The position numbers and the translations under genes are program-made. A model generated the notes under the pieces. It ran no database searches. It was not told the DNA's origin and saw only the letters and a list, made by a program, of their open reading frames with translations. Shown piece after piece: positions 48,486 through 59,056 of a DNA stretch of 64,000 nucleotides (positions are counted from its first letter, which is position 1; each line of letters begins with the position of its first letter). Origin of the DNA: an uncultured bacterium (lineage in GTDB: Bacteria > Babelota > Babeliae > Babelales > Babelaceae); NCBI GenBank assembly GCA_963819815.1, contig CAWFXL010000001.1:928001-992000 (forward strand), read 5' to 3'.

Positions 48486-49355
48486 TTAGGATGATACCGT
48501 ACGTAGCTCGTGGGGAAAATCGGTTTGATAGAGTCGATGGACAGTATCCTCAGCAGATCTGACAGCTTGCTCATGCCATGAACCTCCGCCACCTCCATTG
48601 TCATCCAGTAACATTGAGGGGTCCTCAAATTCACATCCGGGCACATCCATATTGAAAAAAACATCGATAACGCTCTCAGCATCGCTCAACTGAGTTGCTT
48701 GCTGATAGGCGGTGGAGTTCGAGTTGTCCAGAATCTCAGGGTTGATGTTATGCATGATGAGAAGCTCACAAAGTTCAGCATCTCGGCAGAATACTGCTAC
48801 ATGAAGCGCGCTTCTGCCATGATTATCAACAAAGTTAATGTCAAAATAGTTATGAGCGCCCTCGAGCTGCAATAGCCGTTTTATTTTTGGCAGGTCTCCA
48901 TTCCAACAGGCTGCATGAAAATCTGCCATGTTCTGTTCGAAGTTACCAATGATCCTTGCCTCAAAAAAAAGATCAAGCATAGAAGAATTGTCTTCGAAAG
49001 CTTGAAGAGCGGCTAGGCTCAAAGCAGTTTCTTGGTCATTGTTTACAAGGATATTGAGTTGTAGATAATTTTCCAATAGGAACTTACATAAGGTACCATT
49101 ACCGCTCAGGACGGCCAAGTGAAGACCTGTGTTTCCTCGTTCATCGCGACAGAGGAAATTTATTGCATCGGCGACTAGTATAAAATTCTCTCTCACCTGT
49201 TCGAAATTACCCATGCAACAGACTTCAAGAAACCGTTCGTCAGTGTCTATCACGGTATGTACAGCGGCCATCGCCGCCGTTACTCTTGGTGCAAATACCA
49301 AAATGATTGCTAGATTAAAAAATAATGCTGTTCGATTGGCGACAATACAAGCCAT
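48486..49355 (-). CDS. Ankyrin-repeat protein (unrelated to the large array) with signal-like N-terminus
   Basis: GNTGLHLAV, ETALSLAA and GRSALHVAV ANK repeats; AAGGAG SD. Confidence 0.85.
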   Translation of the reverse strand: MACIVANRTALFFNLAIILVFAPRVTAAMAAVHTVIDTDERFLEVCCMGNFEQVRENFILVADAINFLCRDERGNTGLHLAVLSGNGTLCKFLLENYLQLNILVNNDQETALSLAALQAFEDNSSMLDLFFEARIIGNFEQNMADFHAACWNGDLPKIKRLLQLEGAHNYFDINFVDNHGRSALHVAVFCRDAELCELLIMHNINPEILDNSNSTAYQQATQLSDAESVIDVFFNMDVPGCEFEDPSMLLDDNGGGGGSWHEQAVRSAEDTVHRLYQTDFPHELRTVSS

Positions 49356-49630
49356 AGCAACTCCTTAAATAACTCTAACAATATACACAATTATTTCGAT
49401 TCATAAATTTTTATGTGATTGACCTACTCGACCAGGAATAAATTCAGGGGATTCTGGGATCAGACAGCGATAGCCAACAATCTTGGTCTTACATCAACCC
49501 AAGAGAGGCCTTTCGTATTTTAAAGCGCTACCCAAACAGCCTCATACATTTGACTTGCTTCGCGATACAACCTATACTAGAAGCACAATTAATAGTATCA
49601 AATAGAAATTACCATCTGGAGATAGGTGTT

Positions 49631-50545
49631 ATGGAAACCTTCACGTATAGGGTAGAGAGCGATGTGGTGGGAAGCCGCTTGGATCGCTTATTAACCCAAA
49701 AGCTCCAGGATCGATCTCGCACCTATATCCAAGAACTTATTGAGGCTGACTGCGTTACCGTGAATGGTACCTATGCCAACAAACCAAGCTTAGCAGTGAA
49801 GCTGGGCGATACGATTCACGTGAGTATCCCCGCAGTTGTACCTCGTGGTGCCTTAGCCTTACCTTCGCAAGATATGGGCGTTCGTATCCTCTTTGAGCAT
49901 GAAGAGTTTCTCATCGTCTATAAGCCAGCAGGGCTCGTAGTGCATGCTCCTCATGCACAGAGCACTGAAGTCTCCTTAGTTGATTGGCTCGTTCACTCTT
50001 TCAAGGATCTCAAAACAGTAGGGCCCGAAGATCGGCCAGGAATCGTACACAGGCTTGATAAAGATACCTCAGGAATACTTATAATACCGCGCACTAATCA
50101 GGCTCATGCTGCATTTACTGCTCTTTTTCAAGAGCGATCTATTGAAAAAACCTATCTTGCTGTAGTCAAAGGACACCCTAAGAAAGAAGGGCTGATCGAT
50201 CTTGCTCTTGGACGTCATCCTGTGCATCGCCATAAAATAGCAGTTTTGCCTCATGGCAGAGAATCATCTACGAACTATGAAGTCGTATCATACTTACAAG
50301 AAAGCGCCTTACTCAAGGTCCGGCCTCACACGGGGCGAACTCATCAGATTCGAGTCCATTGCGCCGCACTTGGACATCCCGTGCTTGGCGACGCTACCTA
50401 CGGGACAACGCATACGTTGATAGCACGACATGCTTTACATGCCTATCAGCTTGCGTTTACGTATAAAGATCATTGGTACAGTTTTTCGTATGATATGCCT
50501 CAAGATATGAAAGCACTAATCATAGAGCTCCAGACTCAGCTCTGA
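49631..50545 (+). CDS. rluD: RluA-family pseudouridine synthase (RluD-like)
   Basis: S4 domain (RLD...SRT), KPAGLVVH, GIVHRLDKDTSG and TGRTHQIRVH. ATG at 49631 after AGGTG. Confidence 0.85.
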   Translation: METFTYRVESDVVGSRLDRLLTQKLQDRSRTYIQELIEADCVTVNGTYANKPSLAVKLGDTIHVSIPAVVPRGALALPSQDMGVRILFEHEEFLIVYKPAGLVVHAPHAQSTEVSLVDWLVHSFKDLKTVGPEDRPGIVHRLDKDTSGILIIPRTNQAHAAFTALFQERSIEKTYLAVVKGHPKKEGLIDLALGRHPVHRHKIAVLPHGRESSTNYEVVSYLQESALLKVRPHTGRTHQIRVHCAALGHPVLGDATYGTTHTLIARHALHAYQLAFTYKDHWYSFSYDMPQDMKALIIELQTQL

Positions 50546-52448
50546 GGCGCTGGCGCTGCTGACGCAGCTCCTCAAGAGGATCTCCTCCCCATGAACGATT
50601 CCACCACCAATAGGTTGCCCCAGTTAGCACTATTCCTGTCATAAAGTGTTTAAGGGTCTGTTTCCAGTTCTCAAAGAATGATTTTCGCCCTTTTTGGTTT
50701 GCTTTTTGCTGAGCAAGTTCCTTATCATCTTGCCCTTGGGCTTCTTGATTTCCCGCTCCTTTACCGCCTGAAACAATCGGTTTTTCAGGCATCTTCTCTT
50801 GGAGCCATTCACCCTCTTCCCCCTCAAAACGAGCAGTTAAGCCAGAATTAAACTCATCAAGGCGCTTCTTAAAGTGGGCTGCCGTTTGCGAATCTATGGT
50901 GGAGAGATAATGCTCAGAAGTACCAAGTCTTTGATAAGGATGGTCAGGTGAGACATACTGGCTCACATCTTTCGTATAATCAGCAAGTACTTCCTCTACC
51001 GATGGAGCTTCAACATCGCTTATTACGGTGCGGTAGCCGAAGGTACCCTGAACTCGTGCACTCCTTCGTACCTGATGCCTTTTTTTAAAGTCTGCCCCAT
51101 TAAGAAGAAGGAACGAAAAAAAGCGTCCGAGCATTTTTTTCCTAGTTTCGGTCATGAAATCATAATTGCAATATTCACGCAATACCACATACAGGACTGA
51201 AAGACCCGAAGGTTCGTAAGCATTAGCCAAGGCTGGCCGTTCTTTAATTATCTCAAAAGCATTAGACAACTGGTCATCATCATTTGAATATTCTAGAAGT
51301 GAATTGAAAAGATCTGCAGCCGCATAGGCGGAAACTTTTTGATCATTCGGTTGCACAGCAGGGGCAGGATTACCCCCAGCAGCTCCTTCTTCACTGGATT
51401 CTTGTTGATTTCTCTGAACTTTGTAGGCAGCAAATTTTCCAGGAAAGTAAGTGGTATCAAAAATTTCAATAAGCGGCTCACAGTCTTCCTCATTTTGAAG
51501 GAAGCAGTCCATCAGATCATCGAGTTGGCGCACAAACTGCGCATCGTTTCTGCCATTATTGAGGATGGCAATAAAGGCATCTGTAAGCATTCTACAATTA
51601 TATTTCTCCACATACCAGTAGTCACTATGGGTTATGAGACTACCTCTTCCAAAAAAGCTCCTGTGGTATAACCTGACTATACCCTTACGATCATCTTCCG
51701 TCTTTGGGCAATCAAGAAGCCATCGCTCCACAACGTAGCGAATGAGTGTCTTACCATGCGGATCTTTCTCGCAGTAGTCAGCCACTGTAAGCCCGTCTGT
51801 ATTTAAGTGGAGATGAGAGCTCCTACTTAAGTGATATCGATAACTTTTAAATCGCAATGCAGCAAGAGCACTATCATTTGATGGGCGAACATAGGTAAAA
51901 GCTTTTTCAGCCTCCTCAGCATTCTCTTCTGGTATCTCATTTTCTGGTTCAGCAGGCTCTGGGAAAATATCAGGAAATGCATCGCAAAGAATCGTAATAC
52001 AAGCTCCATAGTTCTCTCCATTGTTTTCAAACTCTTTCATGAGATCTTTCAAAGTCTTTTCAAAAGGCTCATGGCCCTTGCCAGTGTTAACCAATGCAGC
52101 AAAAACCTCATATAATGACTCTTGCTGAGCCCTTGTTTCCCTAAGCTCGCCTTCTAGTCGTTCATTCGAAGCCGCCTCCAAGCTCCTTTCAAGCCTCTCT
52201 CGCTTTTGGGTCGCATCAGCATAGAGCTTTCCAATATGGCCCAAAAGGCTCTTCCCTTGATAGCTATGCACGAGAACCTCTTTATGCTTTCCGATTAAGA
52301 GAAGAGACTCTTTCGTAGGCTGGTTTCGGTGTATATCAGAGAGAAGCCCTTTACAGAGACTATCCATTTTTTCGACACTGAGAACAGAGTGTGCGCCAAA
52401 ACAGTTCATAGCTACCATCAAGGTTATTACGAGTATCCTTTGTATCAT
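50520..52448 (-). CDS. Signal-peptide protein with C-terminal TM anchor, 642 aa
   Basis: MIQRILVITLMVAMNCFGA; C-terminal FMTGIVLTGATYWWW; degenerate ANK-like segments. Confidence 0.8.
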   Translation of the reverse strand: MIQRILVITLMVAMNCFGAHSVLSVEKMDSLCKGLLSDIHRNQPTKESLLLIGKHKEVLVHSYQGKSLLGHIGKLYADATQKRERLERSLEAASNERLEGELRETRAQQESLYEVFAALVNTGKGHEPFEKTLKDLMKEFENNGENYGACITILCDAFPDIFPEPAEPENEIPEENAEEAEKAFTYVRPSNDSALAALRFKSYRYHLSRSSHLHLNTDGLTVADYCEKDPHGKTLIRYVVERWLLDCPKTEDDRKGIVRLYHRSFFGRGSLITHSDYWYVEKYNCRMLTDAFIAILNNGRNDAQFVRQLDDLMDCFLQNEEDCEPLIEIFDTTYFPGKFAAYKVQRNQQESSEEGAAGGNPAPAVQPNDQKVSAYAAADLFNSLLEYSNDDDQLSNAFEIIKERPALANAYEPSGLSVLYVVLREYCNYDFMTETRKKMLGRFFSFLLLNGADFKKRHQVRRSARVQGTFGYRTVISDVEAPSVEEVLADYTKDVSQYVSPDHPYQRLGTSEHYLSTIDSQTAAHFKKRLDEFNSGLTARFEGEEGEWLQEKMPEKPIVSGGKGAGNQEAQGQDDKELAQQKANQKGRKSFFENWKQTLKHFMTGIVLTGATYWWWNRSWGGDPLEELRQQRQRLRAESGAL

Positions 52449-52462
52449 AGCTATCCTCGTTC

Positions 52463-53422
52463 CTATTGCAGCTGTTGCAGTTGGGCAACGTTATTTGGTT
52501 GTGCTTGAAGCCCCTTATCACTACCTGAGCGCATAAGATACAACAAAACACCTATCAATCCTATGCCACCGGCTAGATACATTCTGTAGGGGCGAATTTT
52601 TTGATAGGCAGGATTTAGGAACTTCTTTGCCCGGGCTGTAAGTTCACGAACACTAGGCAATGATTTTTTTTGTAAACCAGCTTTTTCATTTTTATAGAGC
52701 TCTGAAGCATTATGAATACCTTTATTCATAATACGTGCCACTGATTCTCCTTTGGCGTCCGGCATATCAACGTCAGCGCCTTTTCGAATAAGATGGGCAA
52801 ACATCTGCACTGATTTAGCATCATTGGCAACGAACTGCTCTGCTGCAGCATGAAGTAATGTTTTACCCTCAAAAGGACAGTACATTTCAACGAGCATTGA
52901 ATAGGGAATATCGTTCGTGTTCCCCGTAGGCTTCAAAAGTTCATCTAGAGCATGAATATCTTTATCACGGACTGCTTTAAATGCTAACGGAAGTTGCTTG
53001 CGGAGAGTTTCGTAGGTAAGTCCAATGGCTTTAAGATCAGGAACTTCCACAAGATCATCAACATTCAATCGACTCTCACTATCTGCTACAAAATCTGCAC
53101 CACATTTAAGGAGAATCTCCCAGAGCTTTTTAAAGCGCTCTCTTTTGTCTAGGTCTGCCTTATCAAGTCGTGCACCCAGATACACGAGAATCTCCAAAGG
53201 ATAATAACCATCTGCATCCTGCAACGAATAATACCGAAAGTTCTTCTTAACGGCCCAGGCGCAGTAAGCATAGTTGTCCTCTGTGAGGTCATTAAGACCG
53301 TTTATAAACCTTTGCTCACTAAGATCACTATCTTCAAAGCTATAGATTTTGGGATTACTCGCAGCATTACTGAGAGATATACCTAAAAAGCTGAAGGCTA
53401 AGCCTAAGATTTTATAGTTCAT
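52463..53422 (-). CDS. Signal-peptide ankyrin-like protein with C-terminal TM anchor
   Basis: ATG at 53422 after AAAGGA; GKTLLHAAA...GADVDMPD ANK repeat; YLAGGIGLIGVLLYLM anchor. Confidence 0.82.
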   Translation of the reverse strand: MNYKILGLAFSFLGISLSNAASNPKIYSFEDSDLSEQRFINGLNDLTEDNYAYCAWAVKKNFRYYSLQDADGYYPLEILVYLGARLDKADLDKRERFKKLWEILLKCGADFVADSESRLNVDDLVEVPDLKAIGLTYETLRKQLPLAFKAVRDKDIHALDELLKPTGNTNDIPYSMLVEMYCPFEGKTLLHAAAEQFVANDAKSVQMFAHLIRKGADVDMPDAKGESVARIMNKGIHNASELYKNEKAGLQKKSLPSVRELTARAKKFLNPAYQKIRPYRMYLAGGIGLIGVLLYLMRSGSDKGLQAQPNNVAQLQQLQ

Positions 53423-53439
53423 ACTGTTCCTTTGCATAG

Positions 53440-54375
53440 CTAAGCATATCTTTGCGCCTGCTCACTTCCCTTAGTTTGGGACACATTGTCATTACTTGTG
53501 GAAAGATACCAATAAATAGTATAACCCACGAGAGCACCTAAACCAAGAAGTAGTCGAGACCATCGTTTCTGCTTGTTAGCATGTTGCTCTTCTTCTTTCT
53601 TCAGCTGATCACTGATTTGTTGTAAACGATCGCTGACATTGTGTAAACGAATGCTCATGTTGGACTCGCCTCTTAAACGGCTACAAAGATCCTCCCATGT
53701 CTGCCCAATATTTCTATTATGGGCCATATACACATCCTGCAAATCTTCAATATCGCAATCAGCGAAAGATAGAGGGGCTGGGTGCTCTAAGCCATAGGTC
53801 GACCCAGTACCAACATCAAGAAGATAAGCAAGTATATTCCTATGCTGCTCTTTTTCATCTTCTGTGCCCTTTGGATAGGCAATAATAAGTGTGGCTATAG
53901 GGGAAAGACCTGTCGCTGGATCGATCGCATAGCGCATTTCCTGATCTTCAAAAATCGCGTGCTTAATAAAATCGAGAGATTCTTCAGAGGGATCCTTAAG
54001 CTCTGCAAAGAACCGTTTACTCATTCCTAGCTTATTTTTTCGAACTTTCTCAATACAATCGAGAGGCTCTTCAGAAGGATGCTTAAGCTCATCAAAAAGT
54101 TGCTTATTCATTCCCGTCCTATTCTTGCCTGCATACCACGTGCGGAAACTCTTCATTATCGCAGAAGGGCCCCAAGAGGTCGTTGGCTTATCAAACCACG
54201 CCTCAGCCTCTTGTTCTGTCATTAAGCGACCACTCTCAAAATATCCGGGCCTCATCCCAGCTTTTAAGAGCTCCTCTTTCGTCAAGATGTTTGGCGACTC
54301 AGAAGCGTAGGCATATCCTGTTATCAACAGGAACACCATACAGCTCTTACGTATGAGTGGCATGCGTATCATCAT
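53440..54375 (-). CDS. Signal-peptide protein with C-terminal TM anchor, 311 aa
   Basis: N-terminal hydrophobic segment ending AYA; internal near-repeat GMNKQLFDELKHPSEEPLD / GMSKRFFAELKDPSEESLD; LLLGLGALVGYTIYWYL anchor. Confidence 0.8.
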   Translation of the reverse strand: MMIRMPLIRKSCMVFLLITGYAYASESPNILTKEELLKAGMRPGYFESGRLMTEQEAEAWFDKPTTSWGPSAIMKSFRTWYAGKNRTGMNKQLFDELKHPSEEPLDCIEKVRKNKLGMSKRFFAELKDPSEESLDFIKHAIFEDQEMRYAIDPATGLSPIATLIIAYPKGTEDEKEQHRNILAYLLDVGTGSTYGLEHPAPLSFADCDIEDLQDVYMAHNRNIGQTWEDLCSRLRGESNMSIRLHNVSDRLQQISDQLKKEEEQHANKQKRWSRLLLGLGALVGYTIYWYLSTSNDNVSQTKGSEQAQRYA

Positions 54376-54390
54376 GACAGTAATCCTTAA

Positions 54391-55527
54391 TTAGGCAGCA
54401 GCTACTTTTCCACCGGGACGTTCAGGAGTAGCTAAGGCACCATTTTTACTATAATAATAAAAATAATAGATCCCAGCTACGGCTGTTAATGCTCCCACAA
54501 TGGCACTAGCTTTATTAAATTTGTGTGCTTTTCTATCCGCTATAAGCTTTTCTTGGGCTTTGCGTTCGCTTTCTTTACGATCTCGAATGTCATTAAGAGC
54601 ATTAAGACGATCCCTACTTAACGTTGGCCGTAGTAAGGCCTTGAGCTCATTAAGGCGGTCTTGTTTAGCTCCATCTTGAGGATAAGAAGCTTCAAACAAA
54701 AGCCATTCATCAAATGGTATGCTCGATAGACCTGCCTTTATAAGGAACTTTGATTCAATTCGGGGATCTTTTACCAGCGCCTCAAACCCATCAATCGGAG
54801 GGATAACGCCTTCAATCTCACCATGTATGTAGCCAAATGCAGCATTTGAAAGAGCCCTATTATCCCCATCAGGAACATCCAATAAATGTGCGTATGCATC
54901 ATTACGTAAGAAAGTTTGAATGACTTGCAGACGGCCTTGGTAACAAGCAGCACTCCAATCCTGCAGAGTAAACCCATCTTTCAGCTGAGGATCTCCAGAG
55001 AGAGGGAATGATTTCCTCTTCCAAATTGCCTGTTCAATAAAACCTAGAACCTGTCCCACCATTCCATCATTACCATGCTTTTTTCGAAATGCTTGAAACT
55101 GTCGAAACCCCCAACCTGCTTTATCGGTTATAAAATCAAGGACCTCTTGCTTGACTGAATCGAGTAATTTTTTCGTATCTTCTGGCTTAGCCGCTGCAGA
55201 CGCTGTAAAATCACTAAACCATTGTATGGCTGTCTCTTTTAACTGACCCAATGTTTCTGGATCTGAAATAACTCCCCGTACCATGCCAGCAGCATTATTA
55301 ATGAGAATATCCCCAAACACCGCTCTTAATTGAGGGTTCTGGGCATTGGCAAGAATTGCATTCCCAATGAGCGCCTGGAATTCGGGACTATCAGCATTTT
55401 GATTAATCGCATTGCGAATAAAGGCTTGCATAGCAGGATCTTGAGCGCCACCACCGCGGTTCATTGCTTGAATCGATTCAAAGCTTGAGACAATGAGTGT
55501 TGCAATTAAGAATCGCTTTAATAGCAT
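54391..55527 (-). CDS. Signal-peptide protein with C-terminal TM anchor and AAA tail; ends shared with the 77-aa-repeat family, core different
   Basis: MLLKRFLIATLIVSSFESIQAM; AIVGALTAVAGIYYFYYY...KVAAA. Confidence 0.82.
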   Translation of the reverse strand: MLLKRFLIATLIVSSFESIQAMNRGGGAQDPAMQAFIRNAINQNADSPEFQALIGNAILANAQNPQLRAVFGDILINNAAGMVRGVISDPETLGQLKETAIQWFSDFTASAAAKPEDTKKLLDSVKQEVLDFITDKAGWGFRQFQAFRKKHGNDGMVGQVLGFIEQAIWKRKSFPLSGDPQLKDGFTLQDWSAACYQGRLQVIQTFLRNDAYAHLLDVPDGDNRALSNAAFGYIHGEIEGVIPPIDGFEALVKDPRIESKFLIKAGLSSIPFDEWLLFEASYPQDGAKQDRLNELKALLRPTLSRDRLNALNDIRDRKESERKAQEKLIADRKAHKFNKASAIVGALTAVAGIYYFYYYSKNGALATPERPGGKVAAA

Positions 55528-55584
55528 AGTGTTCCTTCACGCCCATAGAGATACATAGTTTCAACTGTTACGTCCAGTAATACC

Positions 55585-55613
55585 ACAATACCATAAAATA
55601 AGTCTATCTTCAA
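55585..55613 (-). promoter_or_regulatory. Conserved cassette promoter, copy A (TTGAAG-N17-TATTGT)
   Basis: One of six homologous copies, each upstream of a family gene. Confidence 0.65.
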
Positions 55614-55693
55614 AGGCCCGAGTACTTTGCTGCCTCCAGCAAGGCCTGGGGGAATGCCAAGTATGCCTTTTAGGTAAGCCCCTAGAATGGAGA

Positions 55694-55725
55694 AGAGCCT
55701 GTGCCTATACTAGAGTACAGGCTCT
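55694..55725 (-). terminator. Conserved AGAGCCTG...CAGGCTCT hairpin, copy 1
   Basis: Inverted repeat 15 nt after the stop of the 55741-57324 gene. Confidence 0.65.
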
Positions 55726-55740
55726 CATTATGATTCTTAG

Positions 55741-57324
55741 TTACGCTGCGGCAGGCAGGGCCTGCGGCTTCTCAGAAACGTTCTTCTTAGGATCTTTATA
55801 GATCATATAATAGTACAAGAGACCTGCACCAGCAGCGAGGGCGCCAAGTCCTACCGCCTTAGACCAATTAGCCTTTTTACCATCATGAGCATTGGTTGTC
55901 GTAGACTTAAAGAGATCTGATAAGTCATTCCTCTTAAGAGCATCAATTCTTTGGGCAAGCGTTATTTTCTTATCAAAATCATAGTAGATTTTATGAGCAT
56001 CTACTTTAACGAAGTCTTGCCATTCCTTCAGATCTGCAAATACCTTTTGATCTTGTTCATAGGCTTTAAATAAAGTCAGTACTATCGATTCCTGGTTCCG
56101 ACGAGCACCTTGAAAAAGTTTAGCTACAGCTAGTGCCTCTTTCCTATGAGCATCAGTGATTAAACGCTCCGTTATGCGATCTCCGATCGTATCTTTAAGC
56201 AGGCGATAGTATACCTTATCTATGTCTACAGGAAATTGATTAAGCCAGCTTTTAAGGTCATCATATACCCCATTATCATGTTCATAGGCTTTATATAAAA
56301 CCCGAACTACTTCTTTCTCGAATGAGCGATCCCGCTGTACAACTGCAGCAGCGGCTAGCGCTTTTTGCCTTGTCGTGGGAGAATTGAGAAGCTCCGTAAT
56401 GCGCTCTCCAATCTTCTTGCCTGGATTGGCTGGATCATAGTCAACTTCATCTACATCTTCTCTTCCTTCGAGCCCATCAACCCATTTTTTCAGATCCTCA
56501 AGTACCTCTAGGTCGCTTTCATATGCCCTATAGAGGGTTTGCATTACTATATCATTTTTTGATCGCTTCTCCTCAACAATCATGGCAACTGCCAATGCAG
56601 CTTTCCTCGTTGCCTTCTCTTGTAAGCCATCTGTAATATGATCACCAATCTTCTTGCCTGGACTTGCTGGATCATAGTCAATCCTATCGATATCTTCTTC
56701 GAACTCATCAATCCACGTTTTCAGATCTTCTAGTGCCCTTGGATCGCTTTCACAAACTTTACACAAAGTCTGCAATACTGATTCTTTCTTCGAACGAGTA
56801 TCTTGCACAATCTTAGCAATTGCTAATGCATCTTTTCGAATGCTGGCTTCTAAAAGTGTGGCGATGTCCTCACCAATCGTGCATTGTATGTGCTGTACAA
56901 GGCAACTGCCCCTTTCAATATCAATCTTAATAGCATCTACATCTTCCTCGAAATGATAGAGCCAATCTTGCATATCAGCCAATACCTTTTGATCATTTTC
57001 GTAAGCTTCATACAGTGTCTTGAAAGTTTCCTTCTTATTTGAGCGACTATTTTGTACAAGCTTAGCAATGGCTAATGCTCCTCTCCTATGTACTGTCCTC
57101 AAACCGTAAGTAATGAGCTGGCCTACAGTCATGCCTGGCTCAATTAAAAGTTTATCAACATCACATACATTTCTTTTGAAGCGCTCTTCAAAGGCCCTAT
57201 AGGCAGCTTTATCTACAAGAGCCGTTTCAAGAAGTGCTATGAAAGTAGGATCAGCCATCGCTTGAATCGATCCAAAACTTGAGACTATGAGGGTCACCAT
57301 TACCAGTCGTTTTGATAGCATCAT
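55741..57324 (-). CDS. Tail-anchored ~77-aa repeat protein (5 units)
   Basis: Signal peptide; five RKxALAVAKLV...LYKAYE.D...W...D.D...YD...TIG.RI units; GALAAGAGLLYYY anchor; ends QALPAAA. Confidence 0.88.
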   Translation of the reverse strand: MMLSKRLVMVTLIVSSFGSIQAMADPTFIALLETALVDKAAYRAFEERFKRNVCDVDKLLIEPGMTVGQLITYGLRTVHRRGALAIAKLVQNSRSNKKETFKTLYEAYENDQKVLADMQDWLYHFEEDVDAIKIDIERGSCLVQHIQCTIGEDIATLLEASIRKDALAIAKIVQDTRSKKESVLQTLCKVCESDPRALEDLKTWIDEFEEDIDRIDYDPASPGKKIGDHITDGLQEKATRKAALAVAMIVEEKRSKNDIVMQTLYRAYESDLEVLEDLKKWVDGLEGREDVDEVDYDPANPGKKIGERITELLNSPTTRQKALAAAAVVQRDRSFEKEVVRVLYKAYEHDNGVYDDLKSWLNQFPVDIDKVYYRLLKDTIGDRITERLITDAHRKEALAVAKLFQGARRNQESIVLTLFKAYEQDQKVFADLKEWQDFVKVDAHKIYYDFDKKITLAQRIDALKRNDLSDLFKSTTTNAHDGKKANWSKAVGLGALAAGAGLLYYYMIYKDPKKNVSEKPQALPAAA

Positions 57325-57384
57325 GTTCCTTTAGCCTCATAGAGACGTATAATCTGCATTTTTGTGGTCCAGTTCAGTACTACT

Positions 57385-57413
57385 ACGATATCATAAAATA
57401 CAACTCTCTTCAA
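57385..57413 (-). promoter_or_regulatory. Conserved cassette promoter, copy B (TTGAAG-N17-TATCGT)
   Basis: Homologous to copy A, same spacing. Confidence 0.6.
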
Positions 57414-57499
57414 AGACCAGAGCTTTCCTCATATCTGAAAGCATTGAAGGGCTTCGCCTTTTCCGCCTAATCTCCGTAGAAATTTCCAACACATACGAA

Positions 57500-57530
57500 A
57501 GAGCCTGTACCCATTATAGGCACAGGCTCT
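57500..57530 (-). terminator. Conserved AGAGCCTG...CAGGCTCT hairpin, copy 2
   Basis: Inverted repeat just after the stop of the 57546-58745 gene. Confidence 0.65.
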
Positions 57531-57545
57531 CGTATTAATTCTTAG

Positions 57546-58745
57546 TTACGCTGCAGCAATCAGGGTCTGAGGTTTCTCAGAAATAGTATTTTTAGGATCT
57601 TTGTAGTTCATATAATAGTACAGGAGCCCTGCACCAGCAATGAGCGCTCCAACTATTCCAGCCTTCTTGCTCATTGACCATTTGGCCTTTTTAGCATCAT
57701 CAGCATTAGCTTTTGGTTTTGCATTGGCATCAGAAGGAGCTGACTTGGAGAGCTTAAAGATATTTGTTACATCATCTCTTTTGAGACCTGCAACCCTTTG
57801 AGCAATCGTTATCTTCTTGGCAGAATCATAATAGATTTTACTACTATCTGCTTGAACAAATTCTTGCCATTCCCTCAAGTCTGCAAATACCTTTGAATCT
57901 TTTTCATAAGCTTTAAATAAGGTCACGAGTACAGAGTTCTTTCTTGAGCGAACTCCCTGTGCAAGCTTAGCAAATGCTAATGCCTCTTTCCTGTGTTCGT
58001 TCGTACTTAAGCGCTCTGTAACACGTTCACCAATCGTCTTGCCTGGACGTGCTGGATCAAAGTCTATAGCATCTATATCTTCTCCGCCCTCTAAGAAAAG
58101 ATCGAACCAATAGTGTAGATCCTCAAGAGCTGTTAAATCGTTTTCATAGGCTTTATAGAGGGTTTGCAGTACTGATTGGTAATTGGAACGATCAACGTAT
58201 AGAATATCTGCAACTTTTATTGCTTCTCTTCTCGTCGCTTTCTCTTGTAAACGCTTTGTTAGGTGTTCACCTATAGTCATATCACGCTTAGCAGGATCAT
58301 AGTATAGTTTATCAACGTCTGGGCGAGCATACTCAACCCAATCTTCTAGCTCATCCAGTACTACTAACCCGCTTTCATGACCCTTATATAAGGTCCGGGT
58401 AACTGATGGCTTATCACTTCGTTTAACATACACAAGCTTAGCCACAGCCAAAGCTTCTTTCGTAAGGCTAAATACTACTTTATGCCTCCGAACAACCTTG
58501 TCGAGTCTCTCATTAACCAAACCCTCATTAATGAACTGGCCTACTGTCTTCCCTGGCTCAATAAGACGGTCATCAACATCAAAAGTGTCTCTTCTATAAT
58601 AATCTTGAAAGGCTTTATAGGCAGTATGATCAACAAGAGCCCTTTCAAGTAGCTCTTTAAAAGTAGGATCAACCATATCCATAGCTTGCATCGATCCAAA
58701 GCCTGAGACACCGAGAACTATAATTAAAAGACGTTTTAATACCAT
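57546..58745 (-). CDS. Tail-anchored ~77-aa repeat protein (3 units)
   Basis: Signal peptide, three repeat units, GALIAGAGLLYYY anchor, ends QTLIAAA. Confidence 0.88.
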   Translation of the reverse strand: MVLKRLLIIVLGVSGFGSMQAMDMVDPTFKELLERALVDHTAYKAFQDYYRRDTFDVDDRLIEPGKTVGQFINEGLVNERLDKVVRRHKVVFSLTKEALAVAKLVYVKRSDKPSVTRTLYKGHESGLVVLDELEDWVEYARPDVDKLYYDPAKRDMTIGEHLTKRLQEKATRREAIKVADILYVDRSNYQSVLQTLYKAYENDLTALEDLHYWFDLFLEGGEDIDAIDFDPARPGKTIGERVTERLSTNEHRKEALAFAKLAQGVRSRKNSVLVTLFKAYEKDSKVFADLREWQEFVQADSSKIYYDSAKKITIAQRVAGLKRDDVTNIFKLSKSAPSDANAKPKANADDAKKAKWSMSKKAGIVGALIAGAGLLYYYMNYKDPKNTISEKPQTLIAAA

Positions 58746-58802
58746 ACTATTCCTTCATGCTCATAGAGGTGTATCGTTTTCAACTTTTACGAACTGCTTA
58801 TT

Positions 58803-58831
58803 ACACTAGCAAGAAATAGCTCTCTTTTCAA
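58803..58831 (-). promoter_or_regulatory. Conserved cassette promoter, copy C (TTGAAA-N17-TAGTGT)
   Basis: Homologous to the other copies, same spacing. Confidence 0.55.
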
Positions 58832-59015
58832 AGACCTTAGTTTTGCAGAACTCAGAAAACAAAAAAAACATTATATAGTTGGAGCGAACCTTTAGAATGA
58901 GAAGCTCTAACTAGAGGACCGAAGTAGATCATCAGATTACCTAATGCGGATCGCTGCCATCTGCAAAAAAAATAAAATCTCGCTTCTCTATACAATCTGA
59001 TTATCTACATTGGAA

Positions 59016-59045
59016 AGAGCCTGCACTCCATCGTAGGCAGGCTCT
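59016..59045 (-). terminator. Conserved AGAGCCTG...CAGGCTCT hairpin, copy 3
   Basis: Inverted repeat just after the stop of the 59057-60604 gene. Confidence 0.65.
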
Positions 59046-59056
59046 CGAAATGATTC

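Noticed and set aside
49550..49630. TTG start extension of the pseudouridine synthase
   Set aside because: ATG 49631 has an SD and matches the usual N-terminus; the extension overlaps a likely promoter region.
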